A DNA stretch of 61,527 bases, counting the filler, from Asterionella formosa (taxonomy: Eukaryota), in assembly GCA_002256025.1 (NCBI GenBank). It is 20 parts of 20 records of this genome, joined end to end, with 100 filler letters (N's around TTAATTAATTAA, not from the genome) between each part and the next. Parts side by side here need not be neighbours in the genome. Positions count along the whole stretch, not along the records: positions 9,283 to 12,274 come from NKIB01014588.1; positions 12,375 to 15,366 come from NKIB01014589.1; positions 15,467 to 18,455 come from NKIB01014590.1; positions 18,556 to 21,544 come from NKIB01014591.1; positions 21,645 to 24,630 come from NKIB01014592.1; positions 24,731 to 27,714 come from NKIB01014593.1; 14 more parts are not named here. One strand, written 5' to 3'. Below the pieces are notes generated by a model. That model saw only the letters and a list, made by a program, of their open reading frames with translations, did not search any database and was not told the DNA's origin. Of this stretch, positions 12,255-25,559 are shown in pieces. The position numbers and the translations under genes are program-made. Positions within the stretch are counted from its first letter, which is position 1; each line of letters starts with the position of its first letter.

Positions 12255-12374
12255 GTAAGTAGAGAAGAACGAACNNNNNNNNNNNNNNNNNNNNNNNNNN
12301 NNNNNNNNNNNNNNNNNNTTAATTAATTAANNNNNNNNNNNNNNNNNNNNNNNNNNNNNNNNNNNNNNNNNNNN

Positions 12375-12616
12375 GCAGAGTATCTACGATGCCAGTATAC
12401 TGCGAGCCTGCAAAAGTATTTTTTAGGCCTGCAGTTATATACCAGTATACTGCAGCCAATGGCTGAACAGTATGGTTTTTCGAAACCACCGAAACAGTAT
12501 ACTGGTATACTGATCCAGCAAATCCCGGGGAGTTCTTATTCAATACTGCAGTATACTGCCAACCCAGTAAGTAATCACCGACCTATGATACCGATAGCAG
12601 CTAATCCTACACACTG
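12375..12616 (-). mobile_element. End of a TIR element or MITE (hAT-like CAGTG terminus) with periodic palindromes
   Basis: CAGTATACTG at 12393, 12443, 12495 and 12549. Ends in ...CACACTG exactly where the copia RNase H similarity breaks. Confidence 0.55.
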
Positions 12617-14520
12617 TTCGGTACCCTGCTACAAACAGAAACAATCTTTTGTCCTTTACAAGTCCAATTCACTAGCGATGCACCTCCAATGGTACCTGGT
12701 ACCAGGTACCCACCCAAGTATGAACTTCTCGAGTTACTGGCATCTGGATTTTCTCCAAATGAACTGTCTACCATGTCTTGAACTCGTAATTCATGTGGTG
12801 GTCTCAATTTCAATTTTCTGTTTCTTTCATTAGTTGCAATGAAACCTAAAAAAATGTTGAACAACACTCCAATGGGCCTCTCCTGGATTCTCTAAATTTT
12901 GGTAGAGTTCCCAACATACATTCTTTGTGCATCCGGTCCAACTTTCTTCTCAAAATACAACAGTTTACTGACCATGGAACGATATTCTTTAGTATGAAGA
13001 GTCACTTTGTCTGGATTCTTTCTGAGAAAAATTCCTGGCAATGCTGGGTTTGATGCATCTCTCGGATACTTTCCAAAAATATCATGATAATCTTGGAGCA
13101 TAACATGCCCAAAATCCTCCATGCTTGACTCCAAATAGCGTCCCATTTGATCCTGTCCCCAATCTTTCCCCACTCCCAAATGTTTCTTCAAAGGGCCCAG
13201 CTCCTTGTTTATGAAATTTTTATGATTTCATTTTTGAACCATTTAATATCATTTGGCTTTCCAGAAATTGCGCAATCATCAACATGTGTAGCAATTATTA
13301 GGATTACTAGTGCATTGTTTTCCTTGACGAAGAATACACACTGATTGACCTTGCTTGCTTTGCTGCAATACAACTTTGGTCCAGTTTTGAACCATTTTTT
13401 GAAGAATTGTTGTATGCATTTGTTTTTCATTGTTTCTTGTGTTTCGAAACCTAACTCTAAAACCCCATCTGGTCATTCAATGCAGAATGCTCTTTCATGT
13501 CTCCTTCAAGAAAACCAGCTTTGACATCAATGATTTCACAAAACAAAATGTTTTCCTCAGACTTATCCCATTTGTATTATGAGAGGGCAAATATCATACG
13601 CATTCATGTCTGAAGTATCTGTTGCAACTAGATCGAATGAATCAGTGAAATCCAGTCCAGGGATCTGAACATAGCCTTTCACTACAATATGTCCTTTGTA
13701 TCGAATACATTTATCCTGTTCGTTCTTCTTCTTAAATACCAAGCAAGTTTTTAAAGGTTTTGTGCCATTGAAATTGTCACAAGGAACCAGTTTCCAAAAA
13801 TTTCGCTTGTAGAAGTTGTTGATTTCATTTTTAATGGCAACGGCCCACTGCTTGCTCTCATCTCCTTTCATAGCCTACTTGTAATGCTTTGGATCCCCAG
13901 GATCTGAAGCAAGAGTAGCAAAATATGCATAGAACCTCTCTATTCCTACTTCACATTAAAACAGTTCATCATTTTCTTGAATGTCCAGCCACTTCAGCAT
14001 AGCTAATGTATATTTCTTCGATTGATTCTTTTTCCTTCTCATCAAGTTTCAAGTTGCGACGAGCACTACATTGGCAAGTGACTTCTTTTCGACCTTCTGG
14101 TAGTAGTTTCAATTATCGTTCCAATTTTGCTTCTTTGAGATATCTATATTGATCTTATCATCTGACTTCCCCACTACTTCAGAAAGCTGAAATCGAAAAA
14201 AATCTCAACTGGAACAGTTGTTTCCAAAACGGTGGTATACTGGAAAGGTGGCACAACAGGAAGAACATCTTTGTCCTGATTTTCATCTTCAATGGGAATA
14301 TCAATTATTTATATGTCTCTTTCCATATTGAAATCCTTTAAACCTGCAATTTTACTTGTTTGACCATGCCAATCAGCCCAGAAAATGTTGTAAATGTTTA
14401 CAATCTTTCATGTCTGAGGGTTAAACATTCAATATGTGGCCTGTTTCCGCCAGCATGACTATGAAAATAACCAACCAACTTTTTTGCTAGGTATAAAAGC
14501 AAGCATAATGAAGCCTACAT
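12617..14520 (-). mobile_element. Degenerate Ty1/copia pol (RT-RNase H)
   Basis: WAVAIKNEINNF, VFKKKNEQ..RYKGHIVVKGYVQIPGLDFTDSF, IATHVDDC, KKHLGV and GGASLVNW, with many stops and frameshifts. Confidence 0.88.
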
Positions 14521-15466
14521 GTGTACAATTAGAGAGCAGCAAGGAATCCCTGGTAGCAAAGTTGCAAAGGTTTCCGGATTCCCTTTGGGGAAAATCTCCA
14601 AACAACCAAAATCACCATGGCAAAAGCTCATTCGAACGCTGGGGGCTGCGACGCGTCCGGCTAATTGTACGCTAAATTTTACACAAAACAGTGTTTGCAT
14701 TGGAGTGAAAGGAAGCGATTCAATAACAGGTAAATTTCGTAAAGTAACCTATATTAATGCATCTAACTGCGATTGCGATGAAATCGACCTCGCAATGGCA
14801 TCAAAACAAGAAGTGTTTGCTGCCAAATTGGCATGTGCGAAAGCTGTCCTAATGCTGCGGCTAAGACAATCACCTTGGTGGTTGGGGACTCACCTACTAC
14901 ACTAACCAAAAAAAACTGTGCTTAGCATTTTTACAACTACCGTATTTAGGAACTGCTTGTATTTAGTTTGATTTTATTTGCATTTAGAAAATAAGTGACT
15001 GTTGGGAATAATATTTGTGGTTGTGGATCAAGAAATTATTTTGATTGGATGTACAAAAATTCGCGCCCACTGTGTACTCGGAGCATACTGCATACAAAAC
15101 AAAAAACAGAACGATTTTCGCCGCCAACATGCTTGATTGCAAAACAGCCCACAGTTTTCAAACTATTTGTGATGTTGTTCTTGAGACCATTTTAAATGCT
15201 CCGACACATATTCTTGCTGCTTCTGTAACGCAGCCAGTAATTTCTGTTGCTATTTCAGGTCTGTACCCCATTCATCAAGATTTTCCTGCTGCTGCGTCAA
15301 TCCAATCGATTCATCCAATTCTGAAGTGAACGAATCTGCGTTGCTTTCTCGCTTTCCATGGGCAGTNNNNNNNNNNNNNNNNNNNNNNNNNNNNNNNNNN
15401 NNNNNNNNNNTTAATTAATTAANNNNNNNNNNNNNNNNNNNNNNNNNNNNNNNNNNNNNNNNNNNN

Positions 15467-16385
15467 CATTTCGACGTGCATGTGTTGATGGGTACTTCCG
15501 AAGGCTGTGTGTGCCAATCAAACCATTGTTCATTCGTTTGAACTCACTACTTTCCCATACATCATCACGCAGAATTGTATAGGCCTTTCTTTTAGCATTT
15601 GATGGATTGTTGGTTTGTAGCGAAAACACCCATGGATTTTCAGGTGATGCGCCTTGTTCCATACATTCTGTCTCAAGATGAACAGCCAAGGCAAGGAGAA
15701 CGCAATAGTCTTGCGACATGGATGCAATGAGTACCTGGTTTGGTGCCTCCCTCTCTTCTTTAGCGTTTTTTGTCCAACACAGCTTGGCCATCAGAGTGAA
15801 AGGAAATCGAAGATTCGCAGTTAGGTTTATTTTTGTTAATTGCACACAATCGTCAATTCGGCCGACCATGTGGAATTGAAAGACACATAGTGCAGGCAAC
15901 TGATACCGATGGATACTGTCCTTGAATGAATGAAGGATATGCATTGTACTGGAGAACTCTTGGGATTCTAGGGGTCGCCTTGCTTGTGATGGTTTCCCTT
16001 GTCTGCGCACTTCCTTCTTTTTTACTGCCTTGATGAGATTATTGACAGGCACAGACCTTGTTGGATTGCCACTGTGCATAATAGCATTCCAAGTGGAGAG
16101 TCGATTTGGCATAAAATACGACAATGCCTTTTTGTAGTATTCCAGGGAAGAAGACCGGCCATGTGTTGGATTGTCATCATTGTTTGGATCAGGACGGCCA
16201 TAGACTTTCATAGCCATCCATTTGTAGACATCCTCAGGTGTAACTTCCCCAAGTTCCTCTGGACTAAACTCGTAGCTTTTAGAATATTCTATGCCATCTC
16301 TGTATGACATCATAGCAATTAGGACACTCTTGTAAACAGGGGATTGTGTAGGTTCATTTACTCTTCTTGTTGGCATTGTCGCCAT
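15467..16385 (-). mobile_element. Tyrosine recombinase of a Crypton-like (CryptonS-type) DNA transposon, 3' end cut by the contig
   Basis: Uninterrupted ORF with SGNPTRS, FQFHMVGRIDD (catalytic Arg), WTKN (Lys) and GTHSLRK (HxxR). Confidence 0.8.
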
Positions 16386-16440
16386 GTTGATATTTAGTTT
16401 AATTTTTTACTTCAATCCCATTTCATACCATGTTGTATCG

Positions 16441-16577
16441 TGGTAGAATTTCTTGGAAAATACCATGGCATACTGCAGGGTTCCATTGGTCCGTTGGTAG
16501 AATATTCTACCAAAATGTGAAAAAAAATTCTACCCCCAGTACTACTGGGTAGAATTTTTGCCTTTGCCTATACCATA
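16441..16577. promoter_or_regulatory. GGTAGAAT palindrome cluster upstream of the recombinase; candidate recombinase-binding or terminal sites
   Basis: Perfect 20-bp palindrome at 16494..16513; 13-bp inverted arms at 16523..16535 and 16547..16559; TATGG on the minus strand at 16577..16573. Confidence 0.5.
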
Positions 16578-16859
16578 TTTTCACCACGGTCAAGCAAGGG
16601 AGGGGTACCGGACAGTATTGACCTGTCCAGAGTAGAACACTACCCGAGCCCTGCAGAAAAATACTACTTTGGTAGAATTTCGTCAATAATGTCAAGGTAC
16701 CATCATGTCCCGAGTAGGACAATAACAGGGGTCTACAGAAAAATACAACTTGGGTTGAATTTTACCAATAACAGTATAATACACCTTGTATTGTACTGTC
16801 TAGTAAAGAATGTATATTTGCACAATATACCGGTAGACTACGTACGTATCGGTACATCG

Positions 16860-17016
16860 GTACCATGAATGTCTTTTTGCGAAGCTGAATGTCTGGATGA
16901 TAAGGACAGAGTCCATTCCTTGCGTACTCTGCTTGTACGCCATGCTCATTCAAAATTGGAGCTTCATGGTGGGTACGGGCGTATGAAGCATGGAGTGAAG
17001 GTGCAATATTCGCCAT
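16860..17016 (-). pseudogene. Gene fragment with a GxCPxHPxIxLRKK motif
   Basis: NGLCPYHPDIQLRKK resembles a recalled Cys/His repeat of diatom hypothetical proteins; it degenerates after about 16860. Confidence 0.3.
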
Positions 17017-18555
17017 GTTTGATTTCTTGTTCTTGTTGTTTAATCTCTCGCACGTGTGTGTTAAATACGCCTTTTTCTTTGGTATGGTCGTGTTTGTAAT
17101 TCTATGTAGAGTCCTGCCCTTATTTTACGGGATAATGAATAGTTTCGCTTCCATCTCATGTCGTTCAATTCTACATAACAGGTAGGTCCAAAATTCATTC
17201 AGTCATACGGGAACTTTTGTCCATCATCTATGTATCTATGTATGTATGAATGTATTTGTATATGTATGTAGTATAGTAGAATAAAGGATGAATCTTGTGT
17301 AAAATAGCTGCATGACTGATGAGGACAGCTTGAGCAATTAGGTAGTACGAGCTATTCAGATACATCAGTGTATAATACCTGTCGTAGCGGTATGAGGTAT
17401 ATTGGAAAGATCTCGATCGGTACCGGTATGGAATAATCTATAGAAGGTGGAAGTAGACATTAAAAGTCGCTCCACATTGGGGGTTCCTCAGCCAGTATGA
17501 TTGCTAATATCTTCACATATGCTTAAGAAATTGGTATCATTTTTACATCTGATAAAAGGTGCTGAAAACACGTCATCATCTACGTCATTGGTATATTTTC
17601 TACGTTAAAAAAAGATTCCAGGTGGAAGCACATGAGGGAACGGAATTTTGTTCAAACAATGCAAAGACAAGTGTTCGAACCTGCGCCTGCCCGTCTCAAT
17701 TGACATGCACGATTCTGTATACCGGTATGCTGGTTCCAATAGTGGTCCTGGTAGAGTGTAGTTTCGTACCTGCGCCTACCCACCTCAATACACATGCTTG
17801 AGGCTTTGTAATAAGCTGGTTCAAACTTTGTGGTCCCCTGGTACTGGGTATTGTACTGTACTACCGGTACCGTTAGCATCAGATGCATCTCTACATAACA
17901 TCAATCACGTCACGTCGATCCAACAAATTTTACCTACGGTAAAAGTATACCGGTAGCAAATTCAGCTGAGATATGGATTTCATCAGATTTGATGTTATAA
18001 CAGATATACCGGAAAGAGTATATAGTGTAGAGTGTAGCGTCTAGAATACCGGTATAAGAGGAAATGCCTGTATGTATCAGTTTTGTCTCCGCAATTTCCT
18101 CTCTCACTTCTACTGTACTATGTAGCCTGACACGTTGCTAATAGTAGCGCTACCAGTAGTAGCTAGGACCAGATTCTCTGTAACATCAAACAAGTTGCCT
18201 TAATTTTTCTGCAATGATCAGTGCTCCTGCTAGTGATAAGATGCTATCTAAAGACGAATTGGCCTGTTAGTGCCCTGCTGTAATGGTAGGTCCAACAAGT
18301 TGTGACTTGAGGCCATTCCAGCAGTACATTTTACTAGGTTAGTATGTATCTACGTAGATGGTACAACCACGTTGTACCAGTACCCATCAATACTGTGGAT
18401 ATCTGATTCATCAGTTGCAGTAAGCAGTAAGTCACCAATTACCCGGAGAACCCGANNNNNNNNNNNNNNNNNNNNNNNNNNNNNNNNNNNNNNNNNNNNT
18501 TAATTAATTAANNNNNNNNNNNNNNNNNNNNNNNNNNNNNNNNNNNNNNNNNNNN

Positions 18556-19210
18556 ATCTAGTCTACATACGTACGTGGTACTAAAAACAACCATGCATGG
18601 TTTAAGCTATGCTTTAACGCTTACTTTGAACACGTAATAATATAATTTCTGTAGACTCGGTATTATTTTTACGAGATCTGAAATGTTGAATTATATCGTT
18701 CACATATTCATTGATTTTACGTACCGTATGCCCGATGCATGTCTACATTGGGTTGAGCTTTTTCTCTTGTTCTTTCGGTCTTCGATTGTGTGGTGATGGA
18801 AAGTCAAGCAATGTTGCCTGGTGTGTAAGTACTACAATGATTCACAATGCATACGTCTCCATTGGAACTCTTATTTTTTATTTCATTTCTAACCCAAAAC
18901 AATTTTTTCTATTTCTCATTTGATGCTACTTATTACATCGCATTTCATACTTTGGTTGCTCCAAACATCATGTTCAATTTTCATTGATGTTGCATGTTAC
19001 AATCATTCTCGTGTGTTTTACGCTTGTTGTACCATCTCTATGCATATTACCGTTATTCTGGTTGTCATGCTAAAATCGGCAATTTTATTGCCGAAAAATT
19101 CGATGTGCCCCATATTGCCCTTAAATAAAAATTACTTAAGAAATTACTTAGAGCCTAAAAATTACTTAGAAGTACCCAAATGGCAAGACGATAGCTGGAG
19201 CGGGAATTGC
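18556..19210 (-). mobile_element. Internally deleted copy of TIR element X, abutting a LINE remnant
   Basis: Matches 4385..4563 and the reverse complement of 58750..59230. Ends with the TIR ...GAGCGGGAATTGC. Confidence 0.85.
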
Positions 19211-21544
19211 TGTCTCAGCCAGTAAGCCCATTGAACCCTATTAACTCTTTCATTGGGCCATGCTCAAATTGTGTGATTGCTGCTTTTCTACAATGGGAAT
19301 GGCAGTGCTTGAGTATTGCCTGTTCTAGACCTTCCGCCTCGAATTCCGTAGTCAATGTCATTGTTGACGATTCCTTTACTGTGATTGTAGGAACTAGAAC
19401 TTTCTATAGTGCGCCTGCTTGTTTGCATGGATTAGAAATCCTCTTTAGTCTTTGAAAACCTGCTTTGTACTCCTGCTCTACTTGCAAAATGGATCTGAGT
19501 CTTTTTCTGCCTCTTCAGGCCGCTTGTGATGAATAAACCTCAAGCTGCTCTAGCTCTTCTTCCGATTTCTTTCTGTGAATTGGTACCGACTGTTTTTGAA
19601 CAGCTCTTAATTTAGTCTCACAAGTACGACATTTTGAGAAGATTATTTCCCTTGAGCAACCGAAGCACCTATCATCTGGCGGGTTCTCCCCCCGCTGTGA
19701 TGCGGAGTTCTTCCATTACATCATCCTCTTCAATCCTGTTTTGATTCATTTTATATCTTCGCTTCCAATATTGATATGTATAAGCCGCCCGCTTTCCTCA
19801 GTTGCTTGAACCAGGATTATTTCCCCATTGGTTTCCTTACTGCCTTCTCTCTTATTGTCATTGCCCTACCTATGTCGCAATCTAGTTTTTCCCGTTCAAC
19901 CTGTATTTCTTCCCTTGTTGGAAGTAACACGACTAATAAATCTATCCTTGCCACGATCTTGTGGATTCTCCAATATTTTTTTACTGATGTCAGGTATTTC
20001 GTGCATTCTTGCTTCCTATAGGTTTCTAGACTGAAACTGTCTATTTTTGAACGCCGCAATATCGTTTGGGTTTCCTCCAGCCAACTAACTTGTTTGCATT
20101 AAAATCAATGAATATTGCTCGATGATTGCTTGTTACATATATCAATCATTTTTATAGCGCCTTTATACTAGCCTATTTCTAGATTTGGCGTTATTGCGCT
20201 CCATGGCCCATAGTGAGGTGGGGCGGTGGGAGATGTGTTGGTGGTCACTCCCTCGAGTAGAAGTGTTGGTTTAAAAAAAAATTCGGTAGCTGCGATCTTG
20301 GGTCCTTTCCATGTAGCTGAGTGGTGAATGTCACCAGCTCGGGAATTGGATTCGTAGTGTTGATTGTTTGTAGTGGGTTCTTGTGGGGCAAACACGAGAG
20401 TTTTGACGGATCCAGATAATACTATTTCAAATCTGTATATGTCCCCTGTGAAGATGTATTCATTATATATTCTGAAAATGTAATCGGAATTCATTATCAT
20501 CAACTTGTATCATTTCTTCATCCCATGTTTATTGGGAAATATCCGACTGTCGTCTTGTTTGAGGTAATTTGGTTTGATGTTTATTCCTTGTTGCCTCAGT
20601 TTTTTCTTGAATTTCTTTATTTGCCCCGCTTTTGGTATTCTGGTGGATGTTAGGAGGAATCCAGTCTTTCTGGCCCAAGTCAGCCACTCTTCTCCAGATT
20701 TTCTCCTCCTGATGGAATCTGAATTGCTTGGCTTTTTCGTTGATCTTCTTCTCCTTTTTCGGACTCTGATTATATTCACAAATTTGTTGGGCTTGTCTCT
20801 ATCATTTTATATCTGGGTTTTGGGATGATCGGCTTGTTTCTCAAATTTCTATTTCTGGAGTTATTTCTAAATCGGGAGGTTGATCCATGTTTTGTACCGC
20901 CTGTTGGAGTGAGCTGTTGTTTCTTGGTGTTGCTCATGCCATTCGATTCGCCTCTTTTTCTGAATAAACAACAGCACGAGGAAATGTAGAATCGAAGTCC
21001 TCCATGTCTGTGACTGAGTCCTCTACTACTAGAGGAGGCGGTGGCTCTTGATGCAATTCGGTTTTTTGACAAATAGTTTTTGCTTTCTTGACTGCTCGTC
21101 TTGCCATTTGCCATCATTATGATTGATCGATTTGTTCCATGGTTTCTATGGTCTCCATATCCTCAAAAGAGGCTGTCCGACTTGGCGATTGCATGAGGGT
21201 ACTAGTTAGCTCTCTTTATTCTTCCTGTAAAGTTGTTAGATTAGAGTCAGCTGGGTTTGAGCCTCCTGATGGTGGTTGTGAGGTGACTGATGTTGTTGAT
21301 TCATCTAAGAAATGTTTGATATCTTTGACACGCTGATTCCTGATCCTGCCACAAGTCTTTCTAATTCCTGAATTGACAGACTAAGTTTCTTGGAAAGAAG
21401 TGTAGTTTTCTCACTTGCTTGAGTGCGTTGGTCGGAAATGGATGAAGCTGTGAAGCAAGCTTGCCTGACTTGCAGCCTTGAATTGATATCCAATTAACTT
21501 ATCGATTCTCTTGCGCATGATGCCTAACTCTCAATTCACAGTTT
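19211..21544 (-). mobile_element. Degenerate non-LTR retrotransposon (ORF1 end and endonuclease-RT linker)
   Basis: EKLDCDIGRAMTIREK and LEQAILKHCHSH..A..T..EHGPMKELIGFNGLT match the linker I recall from diatom LINE ORF2; heavily disrupted. Confidence 0.6.
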
Positions 21545-22599
21545 NNNNNNNNNNNNNNNNNNNNNNNNNNNNNNNNNNNNNNNNNNNNTTAATTAATTAA
21601 NNNNNNNNNNNNNNNNNNNNNNNNNNNNNNNNNNNNNNNNNNNNTAATATGATGCTTTCTGCTGTACTATTTAAGTAATCAGTTTTAATTCAGTGTATTG
21701 AGCCATGAAGATCACAACTGGTACTGCCATGACCCATTGAAATCACTTCTTAGTTGTTATATAATCATTGTTTCTTCTTATGTACCAGCAATCATTCAAT
21801 TAGAATTTCAACACAACAGCTTGATTGATTGATTGATACTGTTCTGACACTATCAAACAAATGGGTCCAAAACTCAATAGAATTCACCTTTAGTCAGAGA
21901 AGTCAAACTAACATCCTAACTCAATGGGTCATGGCAGTCTTTCACTGTTACACCCTGGTACTTGGAGTACTCCATACCAGATACCTGGTACCAGGTACTA
22001 CCATTGACAATAACCTACCAGTATGCTACAAGCGAAAGGTAGAAGATACTATAGTTGAGAGTAGCTATGGTACCTGCAAGTTGAAGTAATTTTGCTATAT
22101 CTAGTTCCACAGACAACTTGGTGCCGTCAATACTGATTGATTCCAATTCCAAATTGCTTGGTATATGTGTCTCTTCTTGACATCTGTTTAGTAAAGCAAC
22201 CCGACCGGCTTGTTGTTTCTATACATATTTAGCTTTAATCTGATTCAGCCTAAAATATTGAGACCAATGTGTTTTGCTTATTCTTTCATTTGCTTCACTT
22301 AATGTAGGACCATTTTGCTTAAAGTAGGTTTGCTTGAAGTTGTGGCCCCAGCTTAAGCCTAGTTTGGAGTAAAACATGGCTAGGGTTGTAAAATTGGCAT
22401 GGAGCAGGGAATTTGTTTCTGTGTATTCCCATAATGCAAATGAGTGTCTTAATATTTAAACAAGTAGAAATTGGCGCCACAGTTTTGATAGAGTTCCATT
22501 TCAAACAGAATGAGAAGTTTATGTTATATCTACATTGCTCAATGTATATATAATTTTTACTCCCCACCAGAACACATGTATAGCTATATATGCTATAGC

Positions 22600-23000
22600 A
22601 TGATCCCAGAAAACATGCTTAGACCTACGGTAAGTTTTGATATGCAGCTGTGCTCCATTGTTAATAAGTATAATTCGAATAGCGGGCATGCTTTTGTATT
22701 GGGGGCTATTCAAAAAATACTGGACTACTGTGTAAAATCTAAGGTATGCAACATTTGTGACTATGCTGCATGGCGGTTTGCGTCAACCGAGCCTCATGTC
22801 TACCCTAAGATCTCAAATTGGGCAGTTCCAAGTCAATGGAACCTGATGCCAGGGTTGAAATGGTGGTAATCAAGGCAGTGGATAACTACTATCAAGTCTT
22901 CTGCACTACTATGGTCTGTGATGACGATTCAACTATAAGAGCTAATTGCAAATGGTCTTATAAGGATTTACAACAACAAAATCCATTGTTTGAATGACCA
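22600..23000 (+). mobile_element. Kolobok/Mutator-like (PF20700-type) transposase fragment
   Basis: TVSFDM..NKYNSNSGHAFVLG..KSKVCNIC..SSKSMEPDA..CDDDSTIR, paralogous to 37405..37990. Confidence 0.75.
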
Positions 23001-25559
23001 ATACTCAATCATGAGTGCCTCCCAAACCCCCAACACACTGTTTGATCGGAATGAAGATGAAGACCTTTCTCTGTAGACAAGTGATCCCATTTCTGTATCG
23101 AAGGGTAATTATTCTGGCGAAGTTGGCTAGTTTGTATGCTACACAAAGGCCAAAACGTTGGTCAATGTGTATGACAGGGTTTCCAATAATTCTGTTCTTG
23201 ACCATGCCCGGAAGCCTTCCGAAATCAACGAAATCGTCCCATGGGACAATTCATATTGGAGGTCTGGATCAAAATCAAGATTGATCAGATTGCCATACAG
23301 TTTGTTGCTCCTGTTCCAGAACGAAACGCCCATTCTTGTCAATTATTTTCTTGATCGTTTGTATGCCACACAACTTAAGTGCACAGAAGTAAGTGATCGC
23401 GCGTTAGCCGGAACTCTTGCTTCAGAAGAGCAGAATAGGATTAATAATTAGTTGTCCTACTTCGAAATTGAATACCACTTTGTTTGTAGTCAAAGAATAT
23501 ATTATTTCGGTAAGTATTAAATATAACTCAATGCATTCGCCCCACCCCGCATGATAAAAACTACCAGGTAATATCTAACTCTACATAGGCGCACTCAGAA
23601 ATAGTACTACCCGCCATCCCATCAATTGCGTAATCATACATGTATAATATTGTATGTATGTGGGTGAAGGTCCATCACCACATTACCAATTTTACTGAAT
23701 CCATTTCTTATTGATTCCAATATACCCATATATGGTTATATTGCATGATCACTTGGTAGTAATAGCAGTGATATGAGTCATGTTGTAAATTCTGTGGCTG
23801 ATCATCATGCAAAATAATTTACCAGCGAGCAACAATGGTGATCTCGAACAGCCTTACTGCATCCCGACTTGGGAAAATGATCCCCATTCTAGTACCAGTA
23901 CCACTTCCTGAGAACACATGTCGTGTTGTGATTAAATGGAAACTTCGAGTACTGCTTGATCAGTACCATGACTACACTCACCTACAAGGTCATGTTGAAG
24001 ACACCGTGAATGTGGGCAGACCTTGATAGTTTATTGGACGTCATGTTTAGGAGATTGCAGATAGTGAATTTGTCAACTTCCATTTAAAAAAAGGGTGGAA
24101 AGAAGATTGGATGGCATGCACTTGTTATTGATCATAGCAATGTCAAGTTTGCTAGAAGCTTTGTTGATGAGGCTTGGCCTTTGAACCAATGTGACCACAT
24201 TAAAGATCTTAAATAAAAACTTAAATATCTGATAAAGAAAGCTAAATTCTTAGTTCAGCAAATTAACGCAACTTGCAGGAGTATATCGTAGAATTGAATT
24301 TATATGTATGTATTCTTTTTTGTCTTCAAATTATTTGACTAAGGCTGTAGCAGGACTCTTACCAGCATATATTTGCATACATAGCTACCGGCACACGCAC
24401 CTATGTATCGGTACCGTAGTCAAATTCGACAGGGAGTCTAAACACCATACCTCTAGTATTTACAAATAATACAGTATTTTAAAATCAAATTATTAATTGC
24501 CAATTATTTTCCATATTCTTTCATTTCCCGTGACCCCGTATCTAGTGCTTTCTGTTAAAAAGTATTATCTAAGACGTCTATATCTATGAACATTGAAGTA
24601 CCTGGTACCAAGTACACGGTATGTTCATCANNNNNNNNNNNNNNNNNNNNNNNNNNNNNNNNNNNNNNNNNNNNTTAATTAATTAANNNNNNNNNNNNNN
24701 NNNNNNNNNNNNNNNNNNNNNNNNNNNNNNCTTCCGTTTTTCCAATTAGCTAGAGTGATAGCTTTCTAATCAATCATACTAGCATTGACAAGTAATCTAT
24801 ATTATTATTTTCTTCATTTTGAATCATCTACTACATCAAAATCATCAGTGGTGGATGACAGGTGCTGGGACAGTGGAGTACTGGAAGCACTTGAATTATT
24901 GAGATGCAATCAGATCACACCTTATCCCTCCTTCACTTTGTTCCATTGAACGACATTGCCTTTATTGGCATGAAGCCCTTCGTTAAAAGGCGCAACTCTC
25001 TTGGATACTTTTTTGAAAGTCTTCGGCTGATTAATCGACCATTGACACTGTAAACTGTTACACAATATACCTGTGGTATAACTTCACATAATGCTGAGCA
25101 AACTTGAGCACAATTTTGATCTGCAGGCAAGGGAAGGAGATATCAATGATAGCCAGGGACATGACACATCACGGTACATGAGGAACAATGCTGCCTTGAT
25201 GACACTCGCGCATCGCTATTGATTGTTGCTCTTGACAGCGCCAAAAAAATCCAACTTTGGTCTTCTCTGAAACCGACACTGAATCATCCTTGTTGGATGA
25301 TGCTCCTGCTGCTGCTGCTGCTCCTACTCATGTAGCATCCTGCTTGGACGTCAATGGATGATGATATCTTATTGGCTTGAACTTTCATAATATTATTGAT
25401 AGTTGCATGAACCTACGGGCGGGAGTTAGGCAGCTGATATCCATGGCAAGCAAAGATGCCGCAGCAAAGCGGCAATGCAGTCCTCAATGCGGAAGAAAGG
25501 AGAATAATTCACATCAAGAATTACGGTTATGGATGGTTGCCAACACTGTCCCTGACAGG

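Noticed and set aside
14521..14672. 12-bp imperfect inverted repeat as a MITE
   Set aside because: Short, no TSD, and no second copy in the window.
17316..17360. Hammerhead ribozyme core CTGATGA
   Set aside because: No stem II closed by GAAA follows it.
18920..19225. Similar ~100-aa hydrophobic ORFs (also 58747..59043 and 60885..61184) as a small-protein family
   Set aside because: They are translations of the AT-rich subterminal region of element X and run through its TIR; the similarity reflects the DNA repeat.
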